A DNA stretch of 63,706 nucleotides, filler included, from an uncultured Myxococcia bacterium (GTDB taxonomy: Bacteria > CAZTWC01), in assembly GCA_964617105.1 (NCBI GenBank). It is 12 parts of 12 records of this genome, joined end to end, with 100 filler letters (N's around TTAATTAATTAA, not from the genome) between each part and the next. Parts side by side here need not be neighbours in the genome. Positions count along the whole stretch, not along the records: positions 48,244 to 53,343 come from CAZTWC010000269.1; positions 53,444 to 58,529 come from CAZTWC010000270.1; positions 58,630 to 63,706 come from CAZTWC010000271.1; 9 more parts are not named here. One strand, given 5' to 3'. Of this stretch, positions 48,722 to 58,631 are shown in pieces (the stretch's first letter is position 1; each line of letters begins with the position of its first letter). The notes beneath the pieces were generated by a model. The model saw only the letters and a program-made list of their open reading frames with translations. It did no database searches and was not told the origin of the DNA. Made by a program: the position numbers and the translations under genes.

Positions 48722-50052
48722 ATGGACGCAAAAAATTACAGCAAATTTTTTCCCCTGATTTTTGATTCCATCTCTCATGGGATTTTCACTATTGATAGCG
48801 ACAGTCGCATCACTTCTTTTAACCGGATGGCTGAGCAGATTACCGGATATAGCCGGCAGGAGGTTATCGGTAGACCGTGCAACCAGGTGTTTCAGGCTGA
48901 AACCTGTCAGGATTTTTGCCCTTTGCAACAGAGTATCACCACCCTGGAGAGAATTGAAGCGCGTGAAACAGTAATCACCATTAAAGATGGCCGCAAAGTT
49001 CCCATTGAACTCTCCACCGCTGCCCTGATAAAAAAAAACGGGGAGGTTGTAGGCGGAGTAGAGATGTTTAGAGACATTTCCCTGGTGAACCAGTTGCGCA
49101 AGCAGGTGCAAAAATCTTATGTTTTTGAAGATATTATCAGTAAAAACAATGAGATGAAAAGAACACTGAGTATTCTTCCTGCGGTGGCCGATAGTTCCAG
49201 CAATGTGATTATCGAAGGCGAAACCGGAACCGGCAAAGAGTTGATAGCCAGAGTTATCCACAGTATAAGTTTTCGAAAAGAAAAACCCTTTGTGACCATC
49301 AACTGCGCAGCCCTGCCCGATGATCTGTTGGAGGCTGAAATGTACGGGTATAAAAATGGTGCTTTTAAAGGAATTCAGTATGATAAAGAGGGTCGGTTTT
49401 TCCAGGCAGGGGATGGAACTATTTTTATCAATGATATCCAGGAGATGTCTCCCGCCATGCAGGTGAAATTGTTGCAAGTGCTACAGGATGGATATTTTCA
49501 GCCAATTGGAGCGGAGCAACCGGTAAAATTAAAGGCCAGGGTAATAGTGGCCAGTGACCGGGACCTGGCGGCTGAAGTCACCCGCAAACAGTTTCGCAAG
49601 GCCCTGTACTATAAATTGAATATTGTCCGTCTATCCCTGCCACCCCTGAAAGAGAGGAGAGAGGATATTCCCCTTTTGATTCAGCATTTTATCCATCGTT
49701 TTAATCTANNNNNNNNNNCCAGACGCTGGCTATGCTGATTAAGTACGATTATCCTGGCAATATCAGGGAATTGGAAAATACCATTGAACACGCCTTTATG
49801 GTTTGCAAGGGAGATACCATTCAGTTTGAAAATTTACCTTCTCATTTGACAAAAATTCTTGCTCAAGACACCGATGTTTCTTCTCTGCCCCTGGAGATGG
49901 CCGAGACCGAAGTGATACGCCAGGCCATCAAATCTTTCAACGGCAACCGGCAAAAGGCCGCCGATTCCTTGGGGATCTCCAGAAACACCTTGTGGCGTAA
50001 AATGAAACGCTATGGAATAACCTGGAAGGCCGGGAAAATAGTGGCTGAGTAA
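48722..50052 (+). CDS. OrpR-like PAS-AAA+-Fis sigma54 activator with degenerate motifs (one gene spanning a 10-N scaffold gap at 49709-49718)
   Basis: PAS with C-X8-C-X3-C (CNQVFQAETCQDFC), GETGTGKE, GAFKGI, IFINDI. After the gap: YPGNIRELEN and HTH LGISRNTLWRK. Confidence 0.88.
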
Positions 50053-50100
50053 TATTTTGTTACAGATAAGAGAGGTTGAGTGTGACAACGGTCTCGGTTT

Positions 50101-51498
50101 TTAATCAATGCGGATCTGATATTTTTTGATTTTGCGCCACAGGGTGGCTTTGCTGATCCCCAGTTGGCGGGCTGTGGCCAGGCGATGGTTGTTGTTTTGC
50201 TCCAGGGCGCGGCGGATTACTATCTCTTCCATCTCTTTTATTTTGACCGGCGCCAAGTATTCGGTATGGGATAATTTCTCTTTTTCTCCCAACATCTGCT
50301 GGTTTGTAAGTCCGTGAGTTTCTCTCTCCCCTGGAGGTATGTTTTCCCACACTCTTTCGGGTAGATGACTGGGCAGGATGGTTTCCTCCCGGCATAAAAC
50401 CGAAAGGTATTCGATAATATTTTCCAACTCCCTAACATTGCCCGGATAGTGGTATTGCAGTAAAACCGCCATGGCCTGGTCAGAAATGGTTACCATCTCC
50501 CGGCCTTGGAGTTTGACGCGCTGCTGAAGAAAATGATTGGCCAGCAGGGGAATATCTTCCTTGCGCTCTTTTAACGGGGGAATTTTCAGTTCGATAACAC
50601 TTAGCCGATAGAACAGATCCTGGCGGAATTTGCCCTGGGCCATCAGTTCAGATAGGTTCTTGTTGGTGGCCGCCACTACCCGGAGATCGGCCCGGCAGGT
50701 TTTATTGCTGCCCAAAGGCTGGTAAGTTTTCTCCTGGATAATCCGCAGCAGCTTGACTTGAAAGGCGGGTGAAACATCTCCCACCTCATCCAGGAAGATA
50801 GTGCCTCCTTCAGCCTGGGCGAATCTGCCGGGTTTGTCTTTTTTAGCGTCAGTAAAAGCGCCGGCCTTGTACCCGAATAACTCTGACTCCAGCAAGGTAT
50901 CAGGGAGAGCACCGCAATTGACTACTACCAGTGGACCATCTTTTCTGCCACTTAACTGGTGCAGAGAACGGGCAAACAACTCTTTTCCCGTACCACTGTC
51001 GCCCTGGATCAACACGGTACTCTCGCTACGGGCTATATCCGGCAACATGGAGAACAGTTTTTTCATCTGGTGGTTACGGGAGATAATATCCTGAAAAGAG
51101 TTTTCCTGAATAAGGCGGGAGCGGAGATTTTCAATCAGTGAGAGATCGCGGAAGGTCTCCACGCCGCCGACAATATTGCCCTCCTGATCACGCAGAACAG
51201 CGGTGCTGATGCTGACCGGCAAACGTCTGCCGTCGGGCCGGACAATATAGATGGTCTTGTTGATGATCCGGTGGCCGCTGGCTATGGTTTGTTTGAGGGC
51301 GCACCCCTGTTCGCAGATATTGGCCCGGAAAATGTGATGGCAATAACTGCCCATGGCATCTTCTCTCATGACGCCGGTGATCTCTTCCGCCGCCCGGTTG
51401 AAAAAAGTGATTTGCCAATTTTTATCCACCGTAAAGACTCCGTCAGCGATACTGTCAAGGATCACCTCGGTATTGGGTGGAAAAGCAGTTGCCTTCAA
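50101..51498 (-). CDS. OrpR-like PAS-AAA+-Fis sigma54 activator
   Basis: PAS with C-X8-C-X3-C (CHHIFRANICEQGC), GDSGTGKE, ESELFGYKAGAFTDA, FLDEV, FRQDLFYRL, HTH LGISKATLWRK. GAGGAG RBS, TTG start. Confidence 0.93.
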   Translation of the reverse strand: MKATAFPPNTEVILDSIADGVFTVDKNWQITFFNRAAEEITGVMREDAMGSYCHHIFRANICEQGCALKQTIASGHRIINKTIYIVRPDGRRLPVSISTAVLRDQEGNIVGGVETFRDLSLIENLRSRLIQENSFQDIISRNHQMKKLFSMLPDIARSESTVLIQGDSGTGKELFARSLHQLSGRKDGPLVVVNCGALPDTLLESELFGYKAGAFTDAKKDKPGRFAQAEGGTIFLDEVGDVSPAFQVKLLRIIQEKTYQPLGSNKTCRADLRVVAATNKNLSELMAQGKFRQDLFYRLSVIELKIPPLKERKEDIPLLANHFLQQRVKLQGREMVTISDQAMAVLLQYHYPGNVRELENIIEYLSVLCREETILPSHLPERVWENIPPGERETHGLTNQQMLGEKEKLSHTEYLAPVKIKEMEEIVIRRALEQNNNHRLATARQLGISKATLWRKIKKYQIRID

Positions 51499-51529
51499 TT
51501 TGTAACACTCCTCACTCAGAGCATAGTTA

Positions 51530-51580
51530 ACCTAACATCAGCAACTACCTCAGTCCGCGAGCCAGTTACTGATGTTAGGT
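51530..51580 (-). terminator. 17-bp stem hairpin between the NifX-like gene and the activator gene
   Basis: ACCTAACATCAGTAACT / AGTTGCTGATGTTAGGT on the minus strand. The single mismatch is a G-U pair on that strand. No U-tract. Confidence 0.5.
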
Positions 51581-51946
51581 TTAACAGGTATGTTCGTGCT
51601 CCTGGCAGGCGGTATCCCCGGATGCTCTTTGAATTCGGCCCGCCTGAAAATCATCCAGTATTTTCTTAATCGATCCGCTGGCGCCATTATACACCGAAAT
51701 CTGTTTGGATTCAAAAATTTGGATCGCCCTGGGGCCCATGCCGCCACAGATCACCACCTGGGGTTTTTCATCCGCGATAATTTCAGCCGGAGTCCGATTG
51801 CCGCCCTTATGGGATCCCCGATTTTCCATTGAATTAACCTGGTTGGTATCGGTTTCCACAAAGGTGAAATAATCGGCACGGCCAAAATGGCTTTCAATCA
51901 TACTGTCCAATCCATTGGCGTCCTGGGTGGGTATACAAATTTTCAT
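51581..51946 (-). CDS. NifB/NifX family (FeMo-co-binding-like, Orange-protein-like) protein
   Basis: MKICIPT...HFGRADYF...VICGGMGPRA. AAGGAG RBS before ATG 51946. Confidence 0.9.
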   Translation of the reverse strand: MKICIPTQDANGLDSMIESHFGRADYFTFVETDTNQVNSMENRGSHKGGNRTPAEIIADEKPQVVICGGMGPRAIQIFESKQISVYNGASGSIKKILDDFQAGRIQRASGDTACQEHEHTC

Positions 51947-51959
51947 CTTGTTTCTCCTT

Positions 51960-52829
51960 CTATTGTTCAAGTTGATAAATTAATCTTTGACAAATATTCT
52001 CAAACTCTTTTTTAGCCGGGGATTCTGGTCCACAAACTGGTGGCCGGGCATTTACTACCGAATCCACTATTGCCGGATCAAAGGGAATTTTACCAATTAC
52101 CTCCAGGTTATTCTGGCGGCAGTATTCTTCTATAGTTTTACTTTGCTTCAGGTTCAGATCAAATTTATTGATCACCACCATGGTTTTAACCTGAAAATGG
52201 TTTGCCACTGACAGAATCCGGTCAAAGTCATGAAACCCGGAACAAGTAGGTTCAGTTACCAGAACGGCCAAATCCACTCCGCTTATGGATGACATCACCG
52301 GACAACCGGTGCCGGGAGGACCGTCTATAATGATCAATTTTTTATTCAGATTGCCGGCCATCTCTATGGCTGTCCGCCTGACTATGGTCACCAGTTTGCC
52401 ACTATTTTCTGCTACTATTCCCAGGCGGGCGTGAACCAGGGGTCCGTAAGGACTTTTGGAGATAAAATATTGGCCGCAGGGAGACTCGGGCATACTGATT
52501 GCCTGTACAGGACAACTATTTTGACATAAACCACAACCCTCGCAGGAATAGGTATTGATGTAGGTTTGATCATCAATGTCAATAGCACCAAAACGGCAGA
52601 GATCAATACAAAGGCCACAATTAATGCAAAGGCTCTGATCTATAATTGCTTTGGGAGCACCAATGAAGGGAAAATTTTCCTGTAATTCAGTATTTAACAA
52701 TAACTCCAGGTTGGCGGCATCCACATCGCAGTCAACGATTATCTTTTCATGAGCCATCACGGCTAAAGCAGCGGCCATCACGGTTTTTCCGGTGCCTCCC
52801 TTGCCGCTGATAATTATCACCTGTTTCAT
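51960..52829 (-). CDS. MinD-superfamily P-loop ATPase with inserted ferredoxin (COG1149, Orp3/Orp4-like)
   Basis: SGKGGTGKT, DCDVDAANL, CINCGLCIDLC and CEGCGLCQNSCP, DGPPGTGCP, VTEPT. Confidence 0.93.
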   Translation of the reverse strand: MKQVIIISGKGGTGKTVMAAALAVMAHEKIIVDCDVDAANLELLLNTELQENFPFIGAPKAIIDQSLCINCGLCIDLCRFGAIDIDDQTYINTYSCEGCGLCQNSCPVQAISMPESPCGQYFISKSPYGPLVHARLGIVAENSGKLVTIVRRTAIEMAGNLNKKLIIIDGPPGTGCPVMSSISGVDLAVLVTEPTCSGFHDFDRILSVANHFQVKTMVVINKFDLNLKQSKTIEEYCRQNNLEVIGKIPFDPAIVDSVVNARPPVCGPESPAKKEFENICQRLIYQLEQ

Positions 52830-53343
52830 ATTCCCACTCCAGCCTGCCAAAATTTATCTTTCGGGTCAGATGGAAAAACCGAGTTTTCTTCCTTCTCCTT
52901 CAGCCGGGCCCAGATACCTTCTATTAGTCGCTCGATATTGGCGGCAAAACCGGGAACGCTTTCAAGCAACATTTTACCCTCTGAATAGGCCATGGCAATC
53001 TCTCTGTTAAAAGGTATTTTTAGCAAAATTGGCAAATTTTCTTTTTCACAGAACTTTTCTACGCTATTATCACCCAGGTCAGAGCGGTTCAATACCACTG
53101 CCGCAGGAACTTCCAGTTGGCGGCACATCGCAACCGCTAATTTTAGATCATGAAGTCCAAAAGGGGTGGGTTCGGTCACCAGCAGGCAAAAATGGCAGCC
53201 GGAAATCGCTTCCACTGCCGGGCATGAAGTACCGGGGGCTGCATCCAGAATGGCTATGCCATTATTTATAATGTTTTTTTTAAGGGCTTTAATAATCGGT
53301 GTAGCCATTGGTTCACCGATATCCAGGCAGCCTGCAGAAAATT
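52826..53343 (-). CDS. Second COG1149 P-loop ATPase, C-terminal half (5'-partial)
   Basis: LDIGEPMATP, DAAPGTSCP, VTEPTPFGLHDLKLAV. ATGA overlap with the next gene. Confidence 0.9.
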
Positions 53344-53443
53344 NNNNNNNNNNNNNNNNNNNNNNNNNNNNNNNNNNNNNNNNNNNNTTAATTAATTAAN
53401 NNNNNNNNNNNNNNNNNNNNNNNNNNNNNNNNNNNNNNNNNNN

Positions 53444-54172
53444 AATTACCACTTGCTCCAGGAGATTGATATCTTCAAATTCTCCCGGCACTCGGATCAG
53501 GTAACTTGAGTTACCCATCTCTATGTTTCCGCCAGGGATATTGATGTTTTCGGAGCGGATGGCCAGGATAATATCGTTCAGGCTCAGGTGGTAGTGGGCG
53601 AGACGATCAGGGTTAATCAATACTTGAATCTCCCGGTCAACACCGCCAGCCAGGGACACGTCCAATACCCCGCTAATCCCTTCTATTTTATCCTGTAAGT
53701 CATCAGCTACCTTTTTCAGCAGCACCAAATCGTATTTTGCCGAGAGATTGACTATCAAAATGGGGAAATCACTAAAAGAGATCTCCTGGATTATTGGCTC
53801 CTCCGCATCTTCGGGCAGATCTATTTTAGCCCGGTTAACCTTTTCTCTAACCTGTTGAATAGATTCATCCAGATTGGCTTGCGGAGCAAACTCTACCCGG
53901 ATCATGGAGGCTCCTTCAGCGCTGGTGGAGGCCATCACCTTGACATTACGCAAATCCTTTAGTTCTCTCTCCAAAGGACGGGTGACCAGGGTCTCGATAT
54001 CAGAAGGTGATACTCCGAAATAGGGAGTGGTGATCATTATGATGGGAATTTCAATATCAGGAGCGCCTTCCCGGGGCAGGGTAAGGTAACTGATGCTTCC
54101 CATGATGATGATAATGACTATTAGGATAAAAACGCCGGCTCGTTTTTCAACTGCAAAGTCAGTAATTTTCAT
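53444..54172 (-). CDS. RND efflux permease, AcrB family (3'-partial)
   Basis: N-terminal TM, LPREGAPDIEIP, DIETLVTRPLE, DLPEDAEEP, NINIPGG. Confidence 0.93.
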
Positions 54173-54229
54173 AATTTGTTCTCAGCGCCTCAAAACTTCG
54201 GAATTTAATCAGAAAAAGAGGCCTATTTT

Positions 54230-55375
54230 TTATTGTTTTTTAACTAATTGGCAACATTGGTGTTGGGTTACCACATTAACCGGAACCCCTTCAACCAGGC
54301 TCCTGTGCCCCACCACCACTATGGAGTCACGCGGGTTCAGACCAGACACTACAATGATCCGGTTGCCGTCAGAATATCCGGTTACCACCAGCCGTTTCTC
54401 GACGTTTCCTTTTTTTATCAGCCAGATATAACGTTTTTCATCCAGGCTGTCGATAAGGGCGTCCCTGGGAACTACCATTACCTGTGTATGGGTTTTTTTT
54501 ACGATGTGGACTTTTATTTCCATGCCCGGAGCGATATGGCGGTTTGGGTTGGGAGCCACAATTTCCACCGGAAAGGTCCGGTTGGTGGTGTTAGCCATCA
54601 CCCCTTTGTTGACAATGGCGCCTTTAAATAAACGAAGGGGAAAGGCGGCTACTTTTAGTTTAACCATCATCCCTTTTCTAACATGGGGGTAGTCCCGTTC
54701 CGGCAGGTCAGCCATTACTTTGATCTTGGCAATATCCACCAGTTCCGCCACCGGCGCTGTTGGCTTGGCATATTCTCCCCGCTGTAAAAATTGTTTGGTA
54801 ACGATACCGTTTATGGGAGAGTGGATGGTTGTCTTGTCCAATTGCAGGCGGGTGATTTCCATTTCCAAATTGGCTGCTTCTAAAGCAGTTGCTAGTTTTT
54901 CCAATTGATTGGAGGAGATCAGCCTTTTTCCTTTTAACTTTTTTCCCCGGTCAAATTCTTGTTTAGCCTGTTTATGCCGCAACTTAGCCTGTTTGAACCG
55001 GACTTCCGCCATCTCCCGGTCGATTTTAATCAGCAATTGCCCTTTTTTAATGGCACTTCCCTCTTTAAAATTAACCGCTTCCACCAGTCCACCGATCTCT
55101 GCTGAAATTTGTAAATGCTGAAAGGGACGGGCAATACCTCTGAGTACCATGGTCTCTTCTAAATGGTGGGGGGTTATCTTCATCACCTCCACGTTTATCC
55201 GCTTTTCGCCCCGGTCGGTTATCTCCTTATCTTGTTCTTCGTCGCCGTGCGATTTGTTGCAGGCGTAGAGTCCGGCAACAAACACCAAACTCACTAAAAT
55301 GGCCGGTGAGAATTTAGGCATCGATAACCCAAAGAGATTTTTTGTCTTCGATGCCGAGTTAGATTTGTAGCCCAT
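54230..55375 (-). CDS. RND efflux periplasmic adaptor (MFP)
   Basis: ISAEIGG...KKGQLLIKID, IHSPINGIV, RTFPVEI, VPRDAL, SGLNPRD. AAGGA RBS favours ATG 55375. Confidence 0.92.
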   Translation of the reverse strand: MGYKSNSASKTKNLFGLSMPKFSPAILVSLVFVAGLYACNKSHGDEEQDKEITDRGEKRINVEVMKITPHHLEETMVLRGIARPFQHLQISAEIGGLVEAVNFKEGSAIKKGQLLIKIDREMAEVRFKQAKLRHKQAKQEFDRGKKLKGKRLISSNQLEKLATALEAANLEMEITRLQLDKTTIHSPINGIVTKQFLQRGEYAKPTAPVAELVDIAKIKVMADLPERDYPHVRKGMMVKLKVAAFPLRLFKGAIVNKGVMANTTNRTFPVEIVAPNPNRHIAPGMEIKVHIVKKTHTQVMVVPRDALIDSLDEKRYIWLIKKGNVEKRLVVTGYSDGNRIIVVSGLNPRDSIVVVGHRSLVEGVPVNVVTQHQCCQLVKKQ

Positions 55376-55580
55376 ATTATTTCCTTTATATACTAATAGA
55401 TTGAAGTTTTGGAATATGGATAAAAGTATGGAAAACAATACTATAATTTGATTTCTGCTGTTGAAAAGAGCCGTAATAATGGCTATCTGTTCTTCCGGTT
55501 GAATCAACCAGGGACTGACAGACAAAGAAAGGCAACTTCCAGCCTTTATTAGGATAGATTATCCGGATAGGAGAGTTTTG

Positions 55581-55617
55581 GCAACTGAATTTTGACGTGG
55601 TAGAATTCAGTTACCTT
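55581..55617 (-). terminator. Hairpin downstream of the TonB receptor gene
   Basis: GGCAACTGAATTT / GAATTCAGTTACC inverted repeat. Confidence 0.45.
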
Positions 55618-55640
55618 ATCCAGACACAATTTTGGTGCAA

Positions 55641-57953
55641 TTATAAGGTAGTCCTGATACCACCGAAAACTGTTCTTTTGATTTGCGGATTGTATTTAAG
55701 ATTGTAGCCGTCATAGGCTTGAATACCGCCATAATTTACGTCGGTGATATTCCTTATCTCAAAGAAAATATTGACATCTTTCATTAGTTCGTAATTTGAA
55801 ATCAGATCAAAGGTTATATAACCATCGTTATTATAGTAATCCTTCTCTACAACTTTATTGTTTATCATTAGCGGTGAGTATTCTCTTGAATACCAGCTTG
55901 AAGATACTATTGTATCCAAATTAATATGCAAGACATTATAAAGTTTTGTCCAGAGCCTGATTTTTCCAATAAAATCGGGAAGCATTTTCCGGAAATCAAG
56001 TTTTTCAATTATCTTATTGCCTTTGTCATCAAAAGTAGCCGGTAAAGTTTCTTCTCCTTTGTTATAACTCAAATAGATATCTGTTCCAATATTTGCATTT
56101 TTAACTAAGTTCGTCTTTATTCTGATGTTACCTTCAACTCCCATGACAGTGGTTTGTGCATCGTCGTCGTTTATCCATGTTGATGCCAGGTCATCATCTT
56201 TGGAATTCGGATAAAGTTTTTGATCCACAGGAACTTTGTTTTTTATCGTAATGAGTCTGTCGATCTTGTTATAGAAACCAATTAATTCCACAGAAACATT
56301 TTTGCTGACCAAACTTTTTGCACCTATTTCAAAGGATTCTACCTTTTCTGGTTTTAAATCCAGGTTTGGAAGATGCTTATAATTTACTTTATCACCTTTA
56401 GGAACACCAAACACTTCGTGAATATAGGCAGGAGCCGGCGCTTTAAAAGCCTGGTTGTAGGATATACGAAGTGATGAGTTTTCAATAAAATTGTACTGCA
56501 TAGAAACCCTGGGATTAAAAGTGTTTTCATAATCGGAATGATGGTCGAACCTTCCTCCAGCTATTACAGCGAAGAGTTTTGAATAATATCCTGCCTGAAG
56601 AAAACCTCCGAGATTACTATAATTTACTGATTTTACGCCAAGAATTCCTAAGTCGTCACCTTTAATTTGTCCCTCATCGAATATAGAATACAAACTTTCA
56701 TCAAAAGGTTTTGAGAGGTCGGGAGTCTTTGGAATACCACCGGAATAGGTGTATACTACTCCTCCCACAAGCTCTAACTCTTTTGATATATCCCATACCC
56801 AATGACTCTCAAAAGTGATGTCGTCTGAGGCTTCATATTTGTATGCTTTGTTATGCTCACCAAAAACGCCATCTTTAGTAATTGGTACAATCCAATTAAG
56901 ATATGATTCGTTATCCATTCTGTATCTCAAATATGAGATGTAAGTGTTGATGGAAAGTTCATCAAAGGCCTGTGTTTGATGTGTAAGGGTAAATCTGCTG
57001 ATATCCTCTCCCCAGATTGCATCTCTATCATCATAATAATAGAGATGGGATTTAAGACCGAGTGAACTGAGATCACTTCTGTACATATGATCAAGGGACA
57101 AACTAAACTCCTTGTATAGTGCCTGAAAATTCAAACTGTAGTTCTTGTTTGGGATATCTCCGATTTTCAAAGGTATATTGTTTGGAAAAGGATTCATTTC
57201 CGTATCATTATAGATGTCGCGGTTATAGACCTCCTCATGTCCTTTTAAAATTTGCATATTTGATTTACTGCTGAAACTTCCTGAAAAGATAAATTTCAGC
57301 CTATCCTCTCCAACATCAAAAATATGTGAATGGAAAAGGTTGTAGTATTGATATCCGACTTCACCACTAATTAAGGAAATATCTGTGTAATTATAATCCG
57401 GGCTCAGGGTAATGATGTTCACAACTCCAGCCATTGCGTCAGCACCGTAAAGCGATGATGCAGGTCCGAAGGCGATCTCTATTCTTTCGACATTTTTCAT
57501 ATTTATCTGCTCTGAAATGGGAAGTCCTTTTACAATAGAAGGGGTAATAGGAACTCCGTTCAGAAGAATTTTGGTATAATAATTCCCGATAAGTCCTCTC
57601 ATCAGAAACATCTCTCCAAGGTTTCCTGAGCCGGGCTGGGAAACTTTTATGCCGGGCATGTCTTTGAACACGTCAACAAGTGTAGTGTAGTTGTTTTCCA
57701 GTATATCGTCTCTCGTAATAATAAAAGTGGTAACAGGCAGTTCACTCATCTTTCTGAAAGATCGGGTTGCTGTCATAATTTTAACATTCATAAGGTCTTC
57801 CAAAGACATTCCCATCAACTCATCAATCACCGTTTCCGAATTTGTCTTGTTATGTTCATGATTTTCATGAGCAAAAACAGGAATCGAAAATAAAATAAAT
57901 AAAACAGAGAGTAGAAAAATTCGAGCAATCAACGTTGTCTGATGTTTTTTCAT
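55641..57953 (-). CDS. TonB-dependent receptor
   Basis: GGAGG RBS before ATG 57953 and signal peptide. MSLEDLMNVKI, plug NVERIEIAFGPASSLYGADAMAGVVNII, LKPEKVESFEIG, barrel-type C-terminus. Confidence 0.93.
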   Translation of the reverse strand: MKKHQTTLIARIFLLSVLFILFSIPVFAHENHEHNKTNSETVIDELMGMSLEDLMNVKIMTATRSFRKMSELPVTTFIITRDDILENNYTTLVDVFKDMPGIKVSQPGSGNLGEMFLMRGLIGNYYTKILLNGVPITPSIVKGLPISEQINMKNVERIEIAFGPASSLYGADAMAGVVNIITLSPDYNYTDISLISGEVGYQYYNLFHSHIFDVGEDRLKFIFSGSFSSKSNMQILKGHEEVYNRDIYNDTEMNPFPNNIPLKIGDIPNKNYSLNFQALYKEFSLSLDHMYRSDLSSLGLKSHLYYYDDRDAIWGEDISRFTLTHQTQAFDELSINTYISYLRYRMDNESYLNWIVPITKDGVFGEHNKAYKYEASDDITFESHWVWDISKELELVGGVVYTYSGGIPKTPDLSKPFDESLYSIFDEGQIKGDDLGILGVKSVNYSNLGGFLQAGYYSKLFAVIAGGRFDHHSDYENTFNPRVSMQYNFIENSSLRISYNQAFKAPAPAYIHEVFGVPKGDKVNYKHLPNLDLKPEKVESFEIGAKSLVSKNVSVELIGFYNKIDRLITIKNKVPVDQKLYPNSKDDDLASTWINDDDAQTTVMGVEGNIRIKTNLVKNANIGTDIYLSYNKGEETLPATFDDKGNKIIEKLDFRKMLPDFIGKIRLWTKLYNVLHINLDTIVSSSWYSREYSPLMINNKVVEKDYYNNDGYITFDLISNYELMKDVNIFFEIRNITDVNYGGIQAYDGYNLKYNPQIKRTVFGGIRTTL

Positions 57954-58035
57954 GGTAAATCCTCCAAATGTTATGGTCTTTAATAGTTGTATAAGCCTTG
58001 AATTTTGGTCTTTAAATATATTGAATATCATATAT

Positions 58036-58064
58036 AGTATGAGTAAACTGTAACACTTTGTCAA
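58036..58064 (-). promoter_or_regulatory. Sigma70 promoter of the TonB receptor
   Basis: Minus strand TTGACA-N17-CATACT. Confidence 0.6.
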
Positions 58065-58139
58065 GAGAAAAAATAGAGAAAAAATAGATTAGTAAATTGA
58101 AACCTGCGGCGGTTTCCTTCCGGAGGGTGTGGCGGATAA

Positions 58140-58529
58140 TTAAAATATGACGATATTTTCAATCTCTTCAAAGGTTTCTGCCGCGCATATCCGGGCCCGC
58201 ATAGAGGCGGCGTTTTTGAAACCGCGCAAATAAAGGGGCAGATGTTTGCGTAACTGTTTAACCGCCCACAGTTTATTGGATGCCAACTCCTTTTTGAAGT
58301 TCAAGTGCTTGATGAAATAAGTTAGTGGCTTCATCTGCTCAAATTCCCCTTTAATGGCCAGTTGTCCCTCTTTTTCAATAAGGCAACTAAATATCCAGGG
58401 GGTTTTCAACGCCGCTCTCCCAATCATAACACCCTGACAGCCGGTCTGTTCCATCATATCTACCGCTTTTTGAGGAGTATCTATATCTCCATTACCAATA
58501 ACCGGTATTTGAACTGCATTGACCACCTC
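58140..58529 (-). CDS. dusB: tRNA-dihydrouridine synthase, C-terminal part (5'-partial)
   Basis: [31 protein letters not shown]. Confidence 0.88.
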   Translation of the reverse strand, partial: EVVNAVQIPVIGNGDIDTPQKAVDMMEQTGCQGVMIGRAALKTPWIFSCLIEKEGQLAIKGEFEQMKPLTYFIKHLNFKKELASNKLWAVKQLRKHLPLYLRGFKNAASMRARICAAETFEEIENIVIF

Positions 58530-58631
58530 NNNNNNNNNNNNNNNNNNNNNNNNNNNNNNNNNNNNNNNNNNNNTTAATTAATTAANNNNNNNNNNNNNNN
58601 NNNNNNNNNNNNNNNNNNNNNNNNNNNNNTA

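Noticed and set aside
49732-50052. Separate small Fis-family gene
   Set aside because: It is the C-terminus of the activator starting at 48722, split only by the 10-N scaffold gap.
51530-51580. Integron attC site (ACCTAAC...GTTAGGT matches RYYYAAC/GTTRRRY)
   Set aside because: Only 51 nt, a near-perfect stem without the unpaired spacer and extrahelical bases of attC, inside a conserved operon, and with no integrase or cassette array.
51581-51946. Evidence of nitrogen fixation
   Set aside because: The NifB/NifX-like domain with COG1149 ATPases is typical of Orp-like clusters of anaerobes. No nifHDK genes are present in the window.
5408-58629. Recurrent TTAATTAATTAA motif, and apparent gene neighbourhoods or fusions across N-runs (ORFs ending in XXXLIN)
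   Set aside because: Artificial linkers between length-sorted contigs. No biological adjacency can be inferred across them.
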